Positions 30,565 through 40,698 of a stretch of 64,000 bases of DNA are shown one piece after another. The notes beneath the pieces are model-generated. The model did not search any database. It was given only the letters and a program-made list of their open reading frames with translations, and was not told where the DNA came from. Position 1 is the stretch's first letter, and each line of letters opens with the position of its first letter. A program made the position numbers and the translations under genes. The DNA lies in NCBI GenBank assembly GCA_963708025.1, contig CAVPSB010000044.1, positions 32,001 to 96,000 on the forward strand, written 5' to 3'. The stretch is from an uncultured Candidatus Rokubacteria bacterium. Its GTDB lineage: Bacteria > Methylomirabilota > Methylomirabilia > Rokubacteriales > DASRDR01.

Positions 30565-31595
30565 GCGGGGGGGTCGGTGACGCGGGCGCGCACGGCCGCG
30601 AGGACCTCGTCCACCGTGATGGCGCCCAGGCAGCGATGGTCGATCGCGCAGACTGGGCGGAAGCACGGCGCGCACGGCGGCCTGGACCACAGGGCAGCGT
30701 GACCCTGCCCAAGCGGCGCCGTGAGGCGGGGGTCGGTCGGCCCGAAGAGCGCGACGACCGGGACGCCCACCGCCGCCGCCACGTGGGCGGGGCCGCTGTC
30801 CGGCGCGACCAGCACGGCGAGCCCCTGGAGGAGTGCCGGCAGCAGGGCCGGATGATCCTGCCCCACCAGGCTTCGTGGGGTGCGCGACATGACGGCCGCG
30901 ACGGCCTCCAGGAGGCCACCCGCCGCCGGGCTGCCCAGGAAGACCGCCGGCGTTCCTTCGCCTTCCAGCGTCGTGGCCAGCGAGGCCAGACGCTCCGGGG
31001 GCCACAGCTTCGACGGCCCGAAGGCGGCGCCGAGCTGGATCCCGACCGCGCGGGTCCCGGCGCCGATTCCGATCCGCTCGAGCAGGGCGCGGGCTTCGGC
31101 CCGCCGGGCGGGCGTGACGAGGAGCGTCGGCGGACCGGCCGGTTGGGCGAGGCCAAGCGGACGCAGGAGGTCGAGGTAGAGCGCCACCTGGTGGCGCCGC
31201 TCGCCGGACGGCGGCAGGGTGTGCGTCAGGAGCGGGGCTCGACCGTCTCCGGCGTAGCCGATGCGGACGCGAGCCCCGGCCAGCCAGGCGTGAAGCGCCG
31301 CCTCGAACGAGTTGGGGAGCAGGACGGCCAGGTCGATCCCGGCGCGACGAAGCGCGCCGGCCAGGCGCCAGCGCGCCGGCCACCCGCGTGGATGGACGAG
31401 GCGCCGGTCGATGCCCGGCTCCGCTTCCAAAACCGTCGCAACCCAGGGGCCGAGGACCCACAGCTCGGCGCCCGGCAGCGCCCGCCGGATCGCCCGGACG
31501 GTCGGGACCGCCATCACCGTGTCGCCGAGCCAGTTCGGCGCCCGGAGGAGCACCCGCCGGATCGCGTCCGTGTGGATGTCCGGCCCGGCGGTCAT
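30561..31595 (-). CDS. waaF: Lipopolysaccharide heptosyltransferase II
   Basis: RAPNWLGDTVMAVP, LLPNSF, GAAFGPSKLWP, DSGPAHVAAA, LFGPTDP, CAPCF...C...C. Confidence 0.9.
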   Translation of the reverse strand: MTAGPDIHTDAIRRVLLRAPNWLGDTVMAVPTVRAIRRALPGAELWVLGPWVATVLEAEPGIDRRLVHPRGWPARWRLAGALRRAGIDLAVLLPNSFEAALHAWLAGARVRIGYAGDGRAPLLTHTLPPSGERRHQVALYLDLLRPLGLAQPAGPPTLLVTPARRAEARALLERIGIGAGTRAVGIQLGAAFGPSKLWPPERLASLATTLEGEGTPAVFLGSPAAGGLLEAVAAVMSRTPRSLVGQDHPALLPALLQGLAVLVAPDSGPAHVAAAVGVPVVALFGPTDPRLTAPLGQGHAALWSRPPCAPCFRPVCAIDHRCLGAITVDEVLAAVRARVTDPPA

Positions 31596-32704
31596 CGCGG
31601 GGCGAGGCACGCCTCGAGGGCGCGCCACCAGGCGCCGCCCGGGTCGTCGAGCCGCAGCCGCACGCGCAGGGCGTGGACGGGCAGCGCGCCGGGGTCCGGG
31701 AGGCGCACGGCGTCCTTTTCCGTGGTCAGGAGCCGCTCGGCGCCGACGGCGCGCGCTCGCACCTCGAGCCCGGCGAGGTCCGCCGCCGTGTACGGGTGAT
31801 GGTCGGGAAACGCGACGAAGTCGCGGGGCACCACCGCGAGGCCCGCCAGCGTCGCGGCGAAGCGCTCCGGCATCGCGATGCCGGCGAACGCGAGGAGTGG
31901 ATGCGTGCGGAGCGACTCGATCGGCCCAACCGTTCCCGTCTGCGGGTCCAGGACCGACTCCGGCTCGTACGTCGCCCACGCGATCGGCGCTCTCGGCGCG
32001 TGCCGGCGCACCTCGCCCGGGATCGCCTCCCGTTCCGAGCCGGCGACGCCGGTGAGGACCAGGAGCTGGGCTCGACCGAGTGCCGCCGGCGGCTCCCGGA
32101 GGCTCCCGCGCGGGAGGAGGCCCCGGTGACCCCAGGGCGCGCGCGCGTCCAGGCAGACGATGTCCACGTCGGTGGCGAGCCCGCGCTGCTGGAAGCCGTC
32201 GTCGAGGAGAAGGACGTCCGGGCCGAAGCGCGGCAGCGCCCAGGCGCCCGCCCGATAGCGGTCACGCCCGACGACGACCGGGACGCCGGCCAGCCGGCGG
32301 GCGAGGAGAACCGGCTCGTCGCCCGCATCCCGGGGGGACAGGAGGACCTGGCGCCCGTCCGACACCAGAAGGACGTCCCCGGCTCCGCGGCGGCCGTAGC
32401 CCCGACTCAGGATCACGACGCGACGGCCCCGGGCCGTCAGCTCGCGCGCGAGCCACTCCACCAGGGGGGTCTTCCCGGTGCCGCCGACCGTGAGGTTGCC
32501 GACGGCCACCACGTGGCACGGCAGGCGCCGTGTTCGGAGGACGCCGACCGCGTATGCCGCCCGGTGGAGGGTAAGCCCGCCACGATACGCGACGGCGGCC
32601 CCGGCCAGCAGCGCGTCCCACGGGGCGGGCAGGCCTTCCCGCCACGCGCGGAGGAGGCGGGCCCGGCGAGTCGGGGTCAATATCGACACCTCCCACCTAC
32701 CCAT
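31592..32704 (-). CDS. lpxK: Tetraacyldisaccharide 4'-kinase
   Basis: VGNLTVGGTGKTP, LSRGYG, GDEP, LDDGFQ, GSLREP, AFAGIA, FPDHH, TTEKDAV. Start is ATG 32704 or GTG 32689. Confidence 0.96.
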   Translation of the reverse strand: MGRWEVSILTPTRRARLLRAWREGLPAPWDALLAGAAVAYRGGLTLHRAAYAVGVLRTRRLPCHVVAVGNLTVGGTGKTPLVEWLARELTARGRRVVILSRGYGRRGAGDVLLVSDGRQVLLSPRDAGDEPVLLARRLAGVPVVVGRDRYRAGAWALPRFGPDVLLLDDGFQQRGLATDVDIVCLDARAPWGHRGLLPRGSLREPPAALGRAQLLVLTGVAGSEREAIPGEVRRHAPRAPIAWATYEPESVLDPQTGTVGPIESLRTHPLLAFAGIAMPERFAATLAGLAVVPRDFVAFPDHHPYTAADLAGLEVRARAVGAERLLTTEKDAVRLPDPGALPVHALRVRLRLDDPGGAWWRALEACLAPR

Positions 32705-32790
32705 CGGGACCTCCCGCCTACCCCCCCCGCCCCCCTCCCCCACGGCGAGACGGCCTCCGGCCTTTGGCCGGGGGGGAGGGGGGAGCCGGA
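32705..32790. repeat. Repeat family 2 copy with a GNA mini-hairpin in its loop
   Basis: GGGACCTCCCGCCTACCC...CCCCCTCCCC...[ACGGCCTCCGGCCTTTGG]...GGGGGGAGGGGG. Confidence 0.82.
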
Positions 32791-32859
32791 GCCCGCGGCG
32801 GCATCACACACGGTCCTCTGGGGAGAGGGAACGCTGGACGAACCGATTGCATCACCCTC

Positions 32860-34143
32860 TCACGACGGATCGCCGGCGCTTCCCTCCGGGTGGAGGAGCG
32901 CCTCCAGGGCCTCGATCGTCCGGGCGCAGGCACCCTGGTGGGCCCGCACCGCCGTCCACGCGGCCTCGCCCAGCCGCTGGCGCGCCCCGGGGTCCCCGAG
33001 GAGCGTCCGAAGCGTCGGGGCCAGCTCCGCGGCGTCCCGGAGCTGGATGCCGGCGCCGGCCTTCAAGAGCAGGGTGGCCGCGTCGCGGAAGTTCCCCATG
33101 TAGGGCCCGAAGACGACGGGCTTGGCGTGCAGTGCCGGCTCGATCACGTTGTGGCCGCCGATCGGCACCAGGCTCCCACCGACGAAGATGACGTCGGCCA
33201 CCGCGTACAGGGCAGCCAGCTCACCGACCGTGTCGAGGAGGATCACGTCGCTCGGCGCGGCGCCGGCGAGCCGGCTCCGCCGGACCGGCGCGAATCCCCG
33301 CTCGCGCGCCAGCGCCTCGACCTCGTCGACCCGCTCCGGATGGCGCGGGGCCAGGATGAGACAGAGCGCCTCCCCGCCCCGCCGCAGCTCGCCGAAGGCG
33401 TCGAGGACCGTCGCCTCCTCTCCCCGGTGGGTGCTCCCCGCGATCCAGATGCGCTCCGTGCCGAGATGAAGGAGATTCCGCCACAGGCGGTCGGCGCCCG
33501 CCTCGCCGTGCGGCGCTTCCATCTTGAGGTTCCCCGTCACCACCACGCGGTCGGGTCGCGCGCCGAGGGCGATGATCCGGCGGGCGTCTTCCTCGGACTG
33601 CATGGCACAAAGGGCCACATGATCGAGCACGCGGCGAAAGAGTCGCCGGACCCGCAGGTAGCGCCGGAACGAGCGATCCGAGATCCGCCCGTTGGCGAGC
33701 ACGGCCGGCACCCCGCCGGTGTGCAGCGCCCGCAGGAGGTTTGGCCACAGCTCGGTCTCCAGCGCGATGAAGCAGCGGGGCCGGACACGCCGGACGGCGC
33801 GCCGCATCGCGCCGCCCAGGTCCAGCGGGAAGACGAACGCCGCCGCCGCGTCGGAGAGGCGCGCGCGGGCCACCCGGTCCCCGGTCGCGGTCACGGTGGA
33901 GAGCACGACCTCCACATTGGGCCAGCGCCGGCGGAGGGCGTGGACGAGAGGGACGGCCGCCATCACCTCTCCCACCGAGACGGCATGGACCCAGAAGCGC
34001 TGCGGGCCCGGCGCCAGCGGCACGAAGCCGAATCGCTCGGCGAGCGCCAGCGGATAGCCGCCCCGCCACACCTTCCGGACCAGGAAGACTGGCAGGTAGC
34101 CGAGACCCAGCAGCGTGAGACCGGCGCTATAGAGCGCGTACAC
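32860..34143 (-). CDS. waaA: Kdo transferase
   Basis: WVHAVSVGE, ETELWPN, NGRISDRS, VTGNLK, AGSTHRGEE, APRHPER, GGSL...GGHNVIEPA. Confidence 0.97.
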   Translation of the reverse strand: MYALYSAGLTLLGLGYLPVFLVRKVWRGGYPLALAERFGFVPLAPGPQRFWVHAVSVGEVMAAVPLVHALRRRWPNVEVVLSTVTATGDRVARARLSDAAAAFVFPLDLGGAMRRAVRRVRPRCFIALETELWPNLLRALHTGGVPAVLANGRISDRSFRRYLRVRRLFRRVLDHVALCAMQSEEDARRIIALGARPDRVVVTGNLKMEAPHGEAGADRLWRNLLHLGTERIWIAGSTHRGEEATVLDAFGELRRGGEALCLILAPRHPERVDEVEALARERGFAPVRRSRLAGAAPSDVILLDTVGELAALYAVADVIFVGGSLVPIGGHNVIEPALHAKPVVFGPYMGNFRDAATLLLKAGAGIQLRDAAELAPTLRTLLGDPGARQRLGEAAWTAVRAHQGACARTIEALEALLHPEGSAGDPS

Positions 34144-34900
34144 GGCAGACGCCGGCCAAGCGGTCGGCCTCGGTGGTGAGACGGTGGAGGGACTCCTCGA
34201 GGCGACGGCGGCAGGCCTCGATGGTCTCCCGGTCGGCGTCCTCCGGCACCACCAGCGGATCGCCGAAGACCACCACGACGCGGGCGAACGGGTGCGGGAC
34301 GACGAAGGCGTCCCAGGAGCCGAGGACCGTGCTCCGCGACACCCCCAAGCCTACCGGGATGATCGGCGCCCGACCGAGCTTGGCCAGCAGCACGGCACCC
34401 GGCTGCGCCACGTACCGGGGGCCGCGGGGACCGTCGGAGGCCACCGCCACCTCGGCGCTCTCGTCCCGGAGGAGGCGGGCCAGAGCCCGGAGCGCCGTGG
34501 ACGCGCCGCGCGAGGACGAGCCGCGCACGACGCGAAAGCCGAAGGCGCCGGCGAAGCGGCTCATCAGCTCGCCGTCGCGCGATCGGCTCGCCAGCATGTA
34601 GACGGAGCGCCGCCGCCCGTAGAAGTACGGGAACATCAGCAACCGGCCGTGCCAGACCGCGTAGACCACGGGGGCTCCGGCGGCCCACAGCCGGTCGATG
34701 GTCTCGCGGTTCGCCTCGGTCAGACGGAGGGTCGCCCCGAGGAGCCGGACCGCGCGAATGCCGAGGGCCAAGCTCACACCCAGCGTGAGTCGCTCGCGCC
34801 AGCTGAGGGGCCGCCCAGCGGTCGGCAGGGCCCGGCGCCCCCGTCGGGCCGCAGCGCTCGTCACCACCTCACCCGATCGTCGGTCCTCACCCCCGCTCAT
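34127..34900 (-). CDS. DUF374 / lysophospholipid acyltransferase-family protein (LpxJ-like)
   Basis: VWHGRL, ASRSRDGE, VRGSSSRG, DGPRGP, SWDAFVVPHPF. Located between lpxB and waaA. Confidence 0.85.
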   Translation of the reverse strand: MSGGEDRRSGEVVTSAAARRGRRALPTAGRPLSWRERLTLGVSLALGIRAVRLLGATLRLTEANRETIDRLWAAGAPVVYAVWHGRLLMFPYFYGRRRSVYMLASRSRDGELMSRFAGAFGFRVVRGSSSRGASTALRALARLLRDESAEVAVASDGPRGPRYVAQPGAVLLAKLGRAPIIPVGLGVSRSTVLGSWDAFVVPHPFARVVVVFGDPLVVPEDADRETIEACRRRLEESLHRLTTEADRLAGVCRVRAL

Positions 34901-34977
34901 GACCGCTCGCCACCAGGTGTTCGACTCCAGGGTCCTCGAAGCGCCGACGACGTGGCCGCTGAGTTCAAGTTCGCAGG

Positions 34978-35118
34978 GCAGGGCCGAGGAGCGAGCAGCG
35001 CTAGGACGCAGGGCGTCGCCGACCGCAGGCGTATGCCGCATACGCCGAGGATGGGCGACGACCCCAGAGGCCGAAGGCCGTCCGATCGACGACGCGATGC
35101 GAAGCTCATCGGCCCTGC
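34978..35118. repeat. Intergenic palindromic repeat family 1, copy D (contains the lpxB stop codon)
   Basis: Near-identical to the other copies. The lpxB TGA (35106-35108) lies within the element end GGCCGATGAGC. Confidence 0.92.
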
Positions 35119-36251
35119 GCGCTCTCCCGCAGCACCGCCCGGGCCGCGCGCTCTATCGCGCCGCTGGGTCCCAGCCGCGCCCGCACGTCCCGGAGCGCCG
35201 CGCGCTGGGCGACCCGGGCCGCGTCGTCCTGCAGGAGGCCGAGCGCGACCTCGGCGAGGCGGGCGGGCGTGGCCCGGCCCTGGATCAGCTCTGGCACCGC
35301 AGCCCGTCCGGCGATGATGTTGGGGAGGCTGATCGCCGACACCCCACGCACGAGCACGCGGGCCAGCGCGTAAGTCAGGGTCGACAGCCGGTAGAGGACG
35401 ACCATCGGTGTCCCGTAGCAGGCGGCCTCGAGCGTCGCGGTGCCGGAGGCGACGAGGAGGAGGTCGGCCGCGGCCATCACCCGATGGGCCTGGCCGTCGA
35501 GGACGGACACGCCCAGCCCCGACGCCTCCACCGGCCCCGCCACCGCCGCGGTCGGGATCGTGGAGGCTCGGGGCAGGACGAAGCGAGCCCGGGGCAGCTC
35601 CCGGCGGATGTGGGTGGCGGCGCCCAGCAGCACCGGCAGGTGGCGGCGGACCTCCTCGGCGCGGCTGCCCGGCAGGAGCCCGATCAGGAGAGCCCGCTTG
35701 CCGCCGAGGCCGCGCCGGGCCTCGGCACGCTCGAGGACCGGCAGCTCGTCGAGCAGCGGATGCCCGACGAACTCCACCGGGACTCCGGCCTCCTGGTAGA
35801 GCGGGACCTCGAACGGGAAGACCGCGAGCACGCGGGAGACGTCGCGAGCCATGCTCCGCACCCGCCCCGGTCGCCACGCCCACACCTGGGGCGCCATGAA
35901 GTACACGACCGGGATGCCGAGGATCCGGGCCCGGCGCGCCAGCCGCAGGTTGAACTCCGGGAAGTCGATGGGGACCAGCACCCTCGGGCGATCGGTCGCG
36001 AGGCACCGGGCCAGATCGCGGAAGATTCTCCAGAGCGCCGGGAGCCGGCCCAGCACCTCGGTCCCCCCGACCACCGCCGCCCGCTCGATGCCGTGGAGGA
36101 TCCGCACGCCGGCGGCTTCCATCCCGGCGCCGCCCATGCCGGCCAGCGCGAGACCCGGCGCCAGGCCGGTGAGCGCGCGGGCGAGCGTGGCGCCGTGGAG
36201 ATCGCCGGAGGCTTCCCCGGCGACGAGGAGCACGTCAATCGGTCGCGCCAC
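35106..36251 (-). CDS. lpxB: Lipid-A-disaccharide synthase
   Basis: VAGEASGDLHG, IDFPEFN, APQVWAWR, FPFE, FVGHPL, LLPGSR, ASGTATLE, SLPNII. Confidence 0.97.
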   Translation of the reverse strand: MARPIDVLLVAGEASGDLHGATLARALTGLAPGLALAGMGGAGMEAAGVRILHGIERAAVVGGTEVLGRLPALWRIFRDLARCLATDRPRVLVPIDFPEFNLRLARRARILGIPVVYFMAPQVWAWRPGRVRSMARDVSRVLAVFPFEVPLYQEAGVPVEFVGHPLLDELPVLERAEARRGLGGKRALLIGLLPGSRAEEVRRHLPVLLGAATHIRRELPRARFVLPRASTIPTAAVAGPVEASGLGVSVLDGQAHRVMAAADLLLVASGTATLEAACYGTPMVVLYRLSTLTYALARVLVRGVSAISLPNIIAGRAAVPELIQGRATPARLAEVALGLLQDDAARVAQRAALRDVRARLGPSGAIERAARAVLRESAQGR

Positions 36252-37053
36252 CCCCGGCGACCCCGACAATGCTGATGCCCGCCTGCTCCGCGTGAGCGGC
36301 GATCACATCCCGGTCCAGGAGCAGCACGCGGCCGGCTTCCACGGCCACCGCGGCGGCCCGCCCCTCGGCGCAGAGGGCGAGAGTGGCGGCGCCGACGGCG
36401 GGCACGTCGAACCGGTAGTCGTGACCCGGGGCGGTGGCCTTCGCCACGACCGCGCCGGGCCCGGCCAGCCGGAGGCCCCGCCGAATGGCCTCGTCCGTCC
36501 CCTCCATGGCCTCGACGGCGGCCACGGAGCCGGCGCGGACAACGACGGTCTGGCCGATCCCCAGGCGGGCCAGCTCGCGAGCCACTGCGAGGGCGCGTCC
36601 GATGTCGCTCCAGACGGCGTCCGCCGGGGACGGCCCCGCCACCAGCCCGGGCGGAGCCAGCCACGGCTCGAGGAAGCGACGCTGGTCGAGCAGCTCGATG
36701 CCCAGCTCGGCGAGCGCCGAGGTCGCCGTGCGCAGGAGGGCCTCGTCGGTCCAGTCCGGGCTCCGGTCCACCAGCGCCCGCGCGGTCGCGTCGATTGCCA
36801 TTCCCTGGAACAGGCCGTCCTTGCTGAGACCACCGGCGAGCACGACGTGGCGGATGCGCTCCCCGGTCAGGACGTCGAAGATCGGGCCAACCTCCCCCAG
36901 GTGGACCGGCACCACCCGGTCCGCCGCGTCCCGGAGCGGGCCCGGCTCGCTGAGCGCGAAGGCGACGACCCGCCAGCCGGCCCGCCGCGCCTCCCGGGCC
37001 ATCAGGGCGGGCAGGCCGCCGGCCCCGCCGACCAGCCCGAGGCTATCCGACAT
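36235..37053 (-). CDS. lpxI: UDP-2,3-diacylglucosamine pyrophosphatase LpxI
   Basis: LGLVGGAGGLP, IGQTVVV, AVEAMEGTDEAIRR, DYRFDVPAVG. Located between lpxA and lpxB. Confidence 0.92.
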   Translation of the reverse strand: MSDSLGLVGGAGGLPALMAREARRAGWRVVAFALSEPGPLRDAADRVVPVHLGEVGPIFDVLTGERIRHVVLAGGLSKDGLFQGMAIDATARALVDRSPDWTDEALLRTATSALAELGIELLDQRRFLEPWLAPPGLVAGPSPADAVWSDIGRALAVARELARLGIGQTVVVRAGSVAAVEAMEGTDEAIRRGLRLAGPGAVVAKATAPGHDYRFDVPAVGAATLALCAEGRAAAVAVEAGRVLLLDRDVIAAHAEQAGISIVGVAGGGATD

Positions 37054-37110
37054 GGTCCTGTCCGAGCCGACACGGCAGCCGGCCGGACGTGGTACCGGGC
37101 CACCCCCCGC

Positions 37111-38115
37111 TCATCGCGGCGGCCACCGCAAGTGCGGCTGCCCCCCGGCCAGCATCTCCTCGATCGCCAGGGCGACCCCGAGCGACCGCACGTCGTCGTG
37201 CTCGCTGAGGTCCACCCGGCCGGTCCGTTGGCGCTCGCGGACGGCGGTGAGGAGGTGGAGGATCTCCAGCTTGAGCGGGTTCTCCTTGTGGACGAACAGG
37301 TGCTCCACCAGGGACTCCTGGCGGTAACGGATGGATTCGCGGTTCAGGATGTACTCGGAGGCTGCCCGCCGATGGATCTGGATGTCCTGGTCGGTGTAGT
37401 TGAGGAAGATGTAGGCGTCCGGCTGGGTGATGGCCAGGGTGCGGATCTTCTGCTCGGTGGCCCGGCTGCCGGTGATGATGGCCAGGGCGCCGTTCTCGAA
37501 GACGATCTGCACGTTCGCGACGTCGGGCCGATCCGAGTGGACCCGGACCCCGGTGACCATGATCTCCCGGATCTCGGCGTCGACGAGGCCAAGCACGATG
37601 TCGATGTCGTGGATCATGAGGTCCATGATCACCGTGTCGTGCTGAACGCGGGGAACGAACGGCCCCAGGCGGCGGGACTCCACGAGGATCGGGCTGACGA
37701 CGATCTTTCGCAGCTCCTGCACCGCCCCGTTGAAGCGCTCCACGTGGCCGACATGCAGCACGACGTTCTGCTCCCGGGCGATGCGGAACAGCTCCCAGGC
37801 CTCTTCGAGCGTCGGCGTTAGAGGTTTCTCGACGAGGACGTGGATCCCTGCCTCCATGAACTCCCGGGCGATCGGGAAGTGGAGCGGCGTCGGCACCGCG
37901 ATGGACACGACGTCCACCTTGCCGAAGAGATCGCGGTAGTCGCTGAAGGCCTGCGTGTCGTACTGGGCGGCCAGCCGGGTGACGGTGGCCGCGTCGACGT
38001 CCATCAGACCGACCAGGTCGACGTCCCACAGTTCCGCGTAGACCAGGATGTGGTACTGCCCCATGTGCCCGGCGCCCACGACTCCGGCGCGGATCCGCTT
38101 CTGTTCTCTTTTCAC
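37111..38115 (-). CDS. Gfo/Idh/MocA oxidoreductase (GnnA-like UDP-GlcNAc 3-dehydrogenase candidate)
   Basis: GVVGAGHMG, IAVPTPLH, VLVEKP, VGHVERFN, DLMIHDID. Lies inside the lpx cluster. Confidence 0.85.
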   Translation of the reverse strand: MKREQKRIRAGVVGAGHMGQYHILVYAELWDVDLVGLMDVDAATVTRLAAQYDTQAFSDYRDLFGKVDVVSIAVPTPLHFPIAREFMEAGIHVLVEKPLTPTLEEAWELFRIAREQNVVLHVGHVERFNGAVQELRKIVVSPILVESRRLGPFVPRVQHDTVIMDLMIHDIDIVLGLVDAEIREIMVTGVRVHSDRPDVANVQIVFENGALAIITGSRATEQKIRTLAITQPDAYIFLNYTDQDIQIHRRAASEYILNRESIRYRQESLVEHLFVHKENPLKLEILHLLTAVRERQRTGRVDLSEHDDVRSLGVALAIEEMLAGGQPHLRWPPR

Positions 38116-38151
38116 GCTCGCCAGTCTCCCAAGCGATGGGTCGTTGGCGGC

Positions 38152-38940
38152 CTAACAGATGCCGCGTTTGGACGAGGCGATGAACTCGACGAGGTGGTCG
38201 ATGTACGGCGAGGGCCCCAGCTCCGTCCGGATGCGCTCGAGAGCCTGGGCCGGGGTGTGCCCCGAGCGATAGAGGAGCTTGTACGCCCGCTGCAGCTCGA
38301 GCCGGGCCGGGGCCTCGACGCCGGCGCGCCGGAGACCCACGATGTTGACACCCCGCACCTTGGATGGGTTCCCCTCCACGATGAAGTACGGCGGCACGTC
38401 CTGGGACAGCCGCGTGCAGCCGCCCACCAGGGCAAGGGTGCCGATTCGCCCGAACTGGTGGATGGACGACAGGCCCGAGATGAAGGCTCGGTCCCCGACC
38501 TCGACGAATCCGGTCAGGCCCGAGTAGCTGGTCAGCACCACCCCGTTGCCGACCCGGCAGTCGTGGGCCACGTGCGAGGTGGCCATGAAGAAGCACCCGT
38601 CGCCGATGACGGTCCAGCCCTCCTCCAGCGACGAGCGGTGGATCGTGACGTACTCCCGGATCAGGGTGTCGGCGCCGATCCGCACCCCCGACGGGGTGCC
38701 CGGCTTCCACTTGACGTCCTGGGGAGGATAGCCGACCACCGCCCCAGCGAAGATCCGGCACCGCGGCCCGACCTCCAGCTGGCCTTCGAGCACCGCGTGG
38801 GGGCCGACCTCGGTGCCCTCGCCGAGCCGGACACCCTCGCCGATCACCGCGTAGGGGCCGATGCGGACGCCGGGGCCGAGCTCGGTCTTGGGATGGACGA
38901 TGGCGGTGGGATGGATCTCGTGCGCGATCTCCCCGGACAT
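38152..38940 (-). CDS. lpxA: UDP-N-acetylglucosamine acyltransferase
   Basis: IHPTAIV hexapeptide repeats, PQDVKW, IREYVTIHR, HVAHDC, IHQFGRIG, QDVPPY, GVNIVGLRR. Confidence 0.97.
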   Translation of the reverse strand: MSGEIAHEIHPTAIVHPKTELGPGVRIGPYAVIGEGVRLGEGTEVGPHAVLEGQLEVGPRCRIFAGAVVGYPPQDVKWKPGTPSGVRIGADTLIREYVTIHRSSLEEGWTVIGDGCFFMATSHVAHDCRVGNGVVLTSYSGLTGFVEVGDRAFISGLSSIHQFGRIGTLALVGGCTRLSQDVPPYFIVEGNPSKVRGVNIVGLRRAGVEAPARLELQRAYKLLYRSGHTPAQALERIRTELGPSPYIDHLVEFIASSKRGIC

Positions 38941-39992
38941 CAGCGCCCTTCCTGCTCCAGGCGCCGGGCCAGGTCGTCGATCCGCTGCGAGAGCCGGCGG
39001 ACGGCCCGAAGCACCTCGGGCAGCCGCGGAAAGGCGGCCATGCTCCGGCGGGCCTCGGCAACAGGGATGGCGGGCGCGCCGAGCATCGTGGCACCCGGCG
39101 GCACGTCCCGGTGCACGCCCGACTGGGCGCCGATCTGCGCCCCGTCGCCGATGGTCACGTGATCCGCGACGCCGACCTGACCGGCGAGGACCACCCGGCT
39201 CCCGACCCGACACGATCCGGAGATGCCCGTCTGCGCCACGATGATGGTGTCCGCGCCAACCACGGTATTATGGCCGATCTGCACGAGGTTGTCGATCTTC
39301 GTCCCGCGCCCGATGACCGTCTCGCCCAGCATGGCGCGGTCGATGGCCACGTTCGCGCCGATCTCGACGTCGTCCTCGACGACGACCCGGCCGACCTGCG
39401 GGATCTTCTGGTGGCGGGCGCCGTCGAAGAGATAGCCGAAGCCATCGGCCCCGAGGACGCTCCCGGCGTGGATTACCACGCGGCGACCAACCTCCACGTC
39501 CCCGTGGAGGACGACGTGCGCGTGGAGGACGCTGCCCTCCCCCACCCGGCAGCGCGGCCCGACCACCACGTGGGGGTGGAGGACGGCGCCCGCCCCCACG
39601 ACGCTGCCCGCGGCCACCACGACGTAGGCCATGATCGTGGCGTCGGCGGCGACCTCGGCCGACTCGGCCACCACGGCCGTTGGATGCACGCCCGGGGTGG
39701 GCGCCGGCTCGGGATGAAAGACGCGAAGGAGCCGGGCCACGGCCGCGATGGGATGGCCGACCCGGACGATGGCCTTCCCGGGCAGCTCGAGGTCGGGCGG
39801 TGCCAGGAACGCGGAGGCCGCGCTCTGCTCGGCCGCCGCCTGGTGCTTGGGCCCGGTCACGAAGGAGAGGTCGCCGGGCCCGGCCTGCTCGAGGCTGGCC
39901 AGACCGCGAATCGGCGTCGCCGGATCGCCGGTCAGCTCGCCCTCCACCAGCCGGGCCAGCTCGCCGAGCGAGCGCGTGCCCACGCCCTGCAT
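38940..39992 (-). CDS. lpxD: UDP-3-O-acylglucosamine N-acyltransferase
   Basis: [46 protein letters not shown]. Confidence 0.97.
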   Translation of the reverse strand: MQGVGTRSLGELARLVEGELTGDPATPIRGLASLEQAGPGDLSFVTGPKHQAAAEQSAASAFLAPPDLELPGKAIVRVGHPIAAVARLLRVFHPEPAPTPGVHPTAVVAESAEVAADATIMAYVVVAAGSVVGAGAVLHPHVVVGPRCRVGEGSVLHAHVVLHGDVEVGRRVVIHAGSVLGADGFGYLFDGARHQKIPQVGRVVVEDDVEIGANVAIDRAMLGETVIGRGTKIDNLVQIGHNTVVGADTIIVAQTGISGSCRVGSRVVLAGQVGVADHVTIGDGAQIGAQSGVHRDVPPGATMLGAPAIPVAEARRSMAAFPRLPEVLRAVRRLSQRIDDLARRLEQEGR

Positions 39993-40013
39993 GACGGCGC
40001 CCGCGGCCCCCCC

Positions 40014-40544
40014 CTACGGTTTCTTGGCCTTCATCTGGTCGTAGAGCTTGATGATGTCCTCGGTGATGTCGGCCTCGACGTCGCCGTAGATGACGCTGGC
40101 GCCCCGCTTCTCGAGGATCAGGAGGTAGCCGCGCTCCTTCCCGATCTGCTCGATGACCCCGGTCAGCTCCTGCAGGATCCGGCCGGTCGCCCCCTGCTCC
40201 TTCTTCTCCAGCTCTTTCTGGAAATCGTCCACCAGGCGGCGGAGGTCCCGCACCTTGCGCTGGAGCGTCTCGTCCTTCTCGCGCTTGGCCTCCGACGACA
40301 GCACCAGCCCCTTCTTCTCGAGCTCCTCCCGCAGCTTGTCGACCTCGACCCGGCGTGTGTCGACGTCCTTTTGCATGGCGGCCTTCTCGCGCTCGAGCTG
40401 TTCCCGGGCCGCCACGCCGGCCACCGACCGGACCAGGACCTTCTGGATGTCCACGAAGCCGATCTTCGACGCGGCCTCCGCGCCGACTCCCAGCAGCAGG
40501 AGCACCACCGCGCCGATCCCCCCCAGCACGCTCACCATCCTCAT
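40014..40544 (-). CDS. skp: Skp/OmpH periplasmic chaperone
   Basis: Signal peptide, KIGFVDIQKVL, coiled coil, GYLLILE, ADITEDII. Located between bamA and lpxD. Confidence 0.93.
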   Translation of the reverse strand: MRMVSVLGGIGAVVLLLLGVGAEAASKIGFVDIQKVLVRSVAGVAAREQLEREKAAMQKDVDTRRVEVDKLREELEKKGLVLSSEAKREKDETLQRKVRDLRRLVDDFQKELEKKEQGATGRILQELTGVIEQIGKERGYLLILEKRGASVIYGDVEADITEDIIKLYDQMKAKKP

Positions 40545-40627
40545 CGCCGCACCTCTCGTCACTGCGCCACGCGTCTGGTGGCGCTTCATTGCATGCCTCT
40601 CCACGCACTCCCAGCCGAAGCCCTTCG

Positions 40628-40698
40628 AGCGCGGGGTCTGCCCCGCGCACCCCCTCCCGGGGAAGGAATCGGAGGGGGCATCCGCCCGCCTCCGGAGA
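40628..40698. repeat. Repeat family 3 candidate (hairpins ending CCGGAGA next to a stop codon)
   Basis: GCGCGGGG...CCCCGCGC hairpin, then GGAGGGGG...CCTCCGGAGA abutting the bamA TGA, as at 51990 and 53356. Confidence 0.5.
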
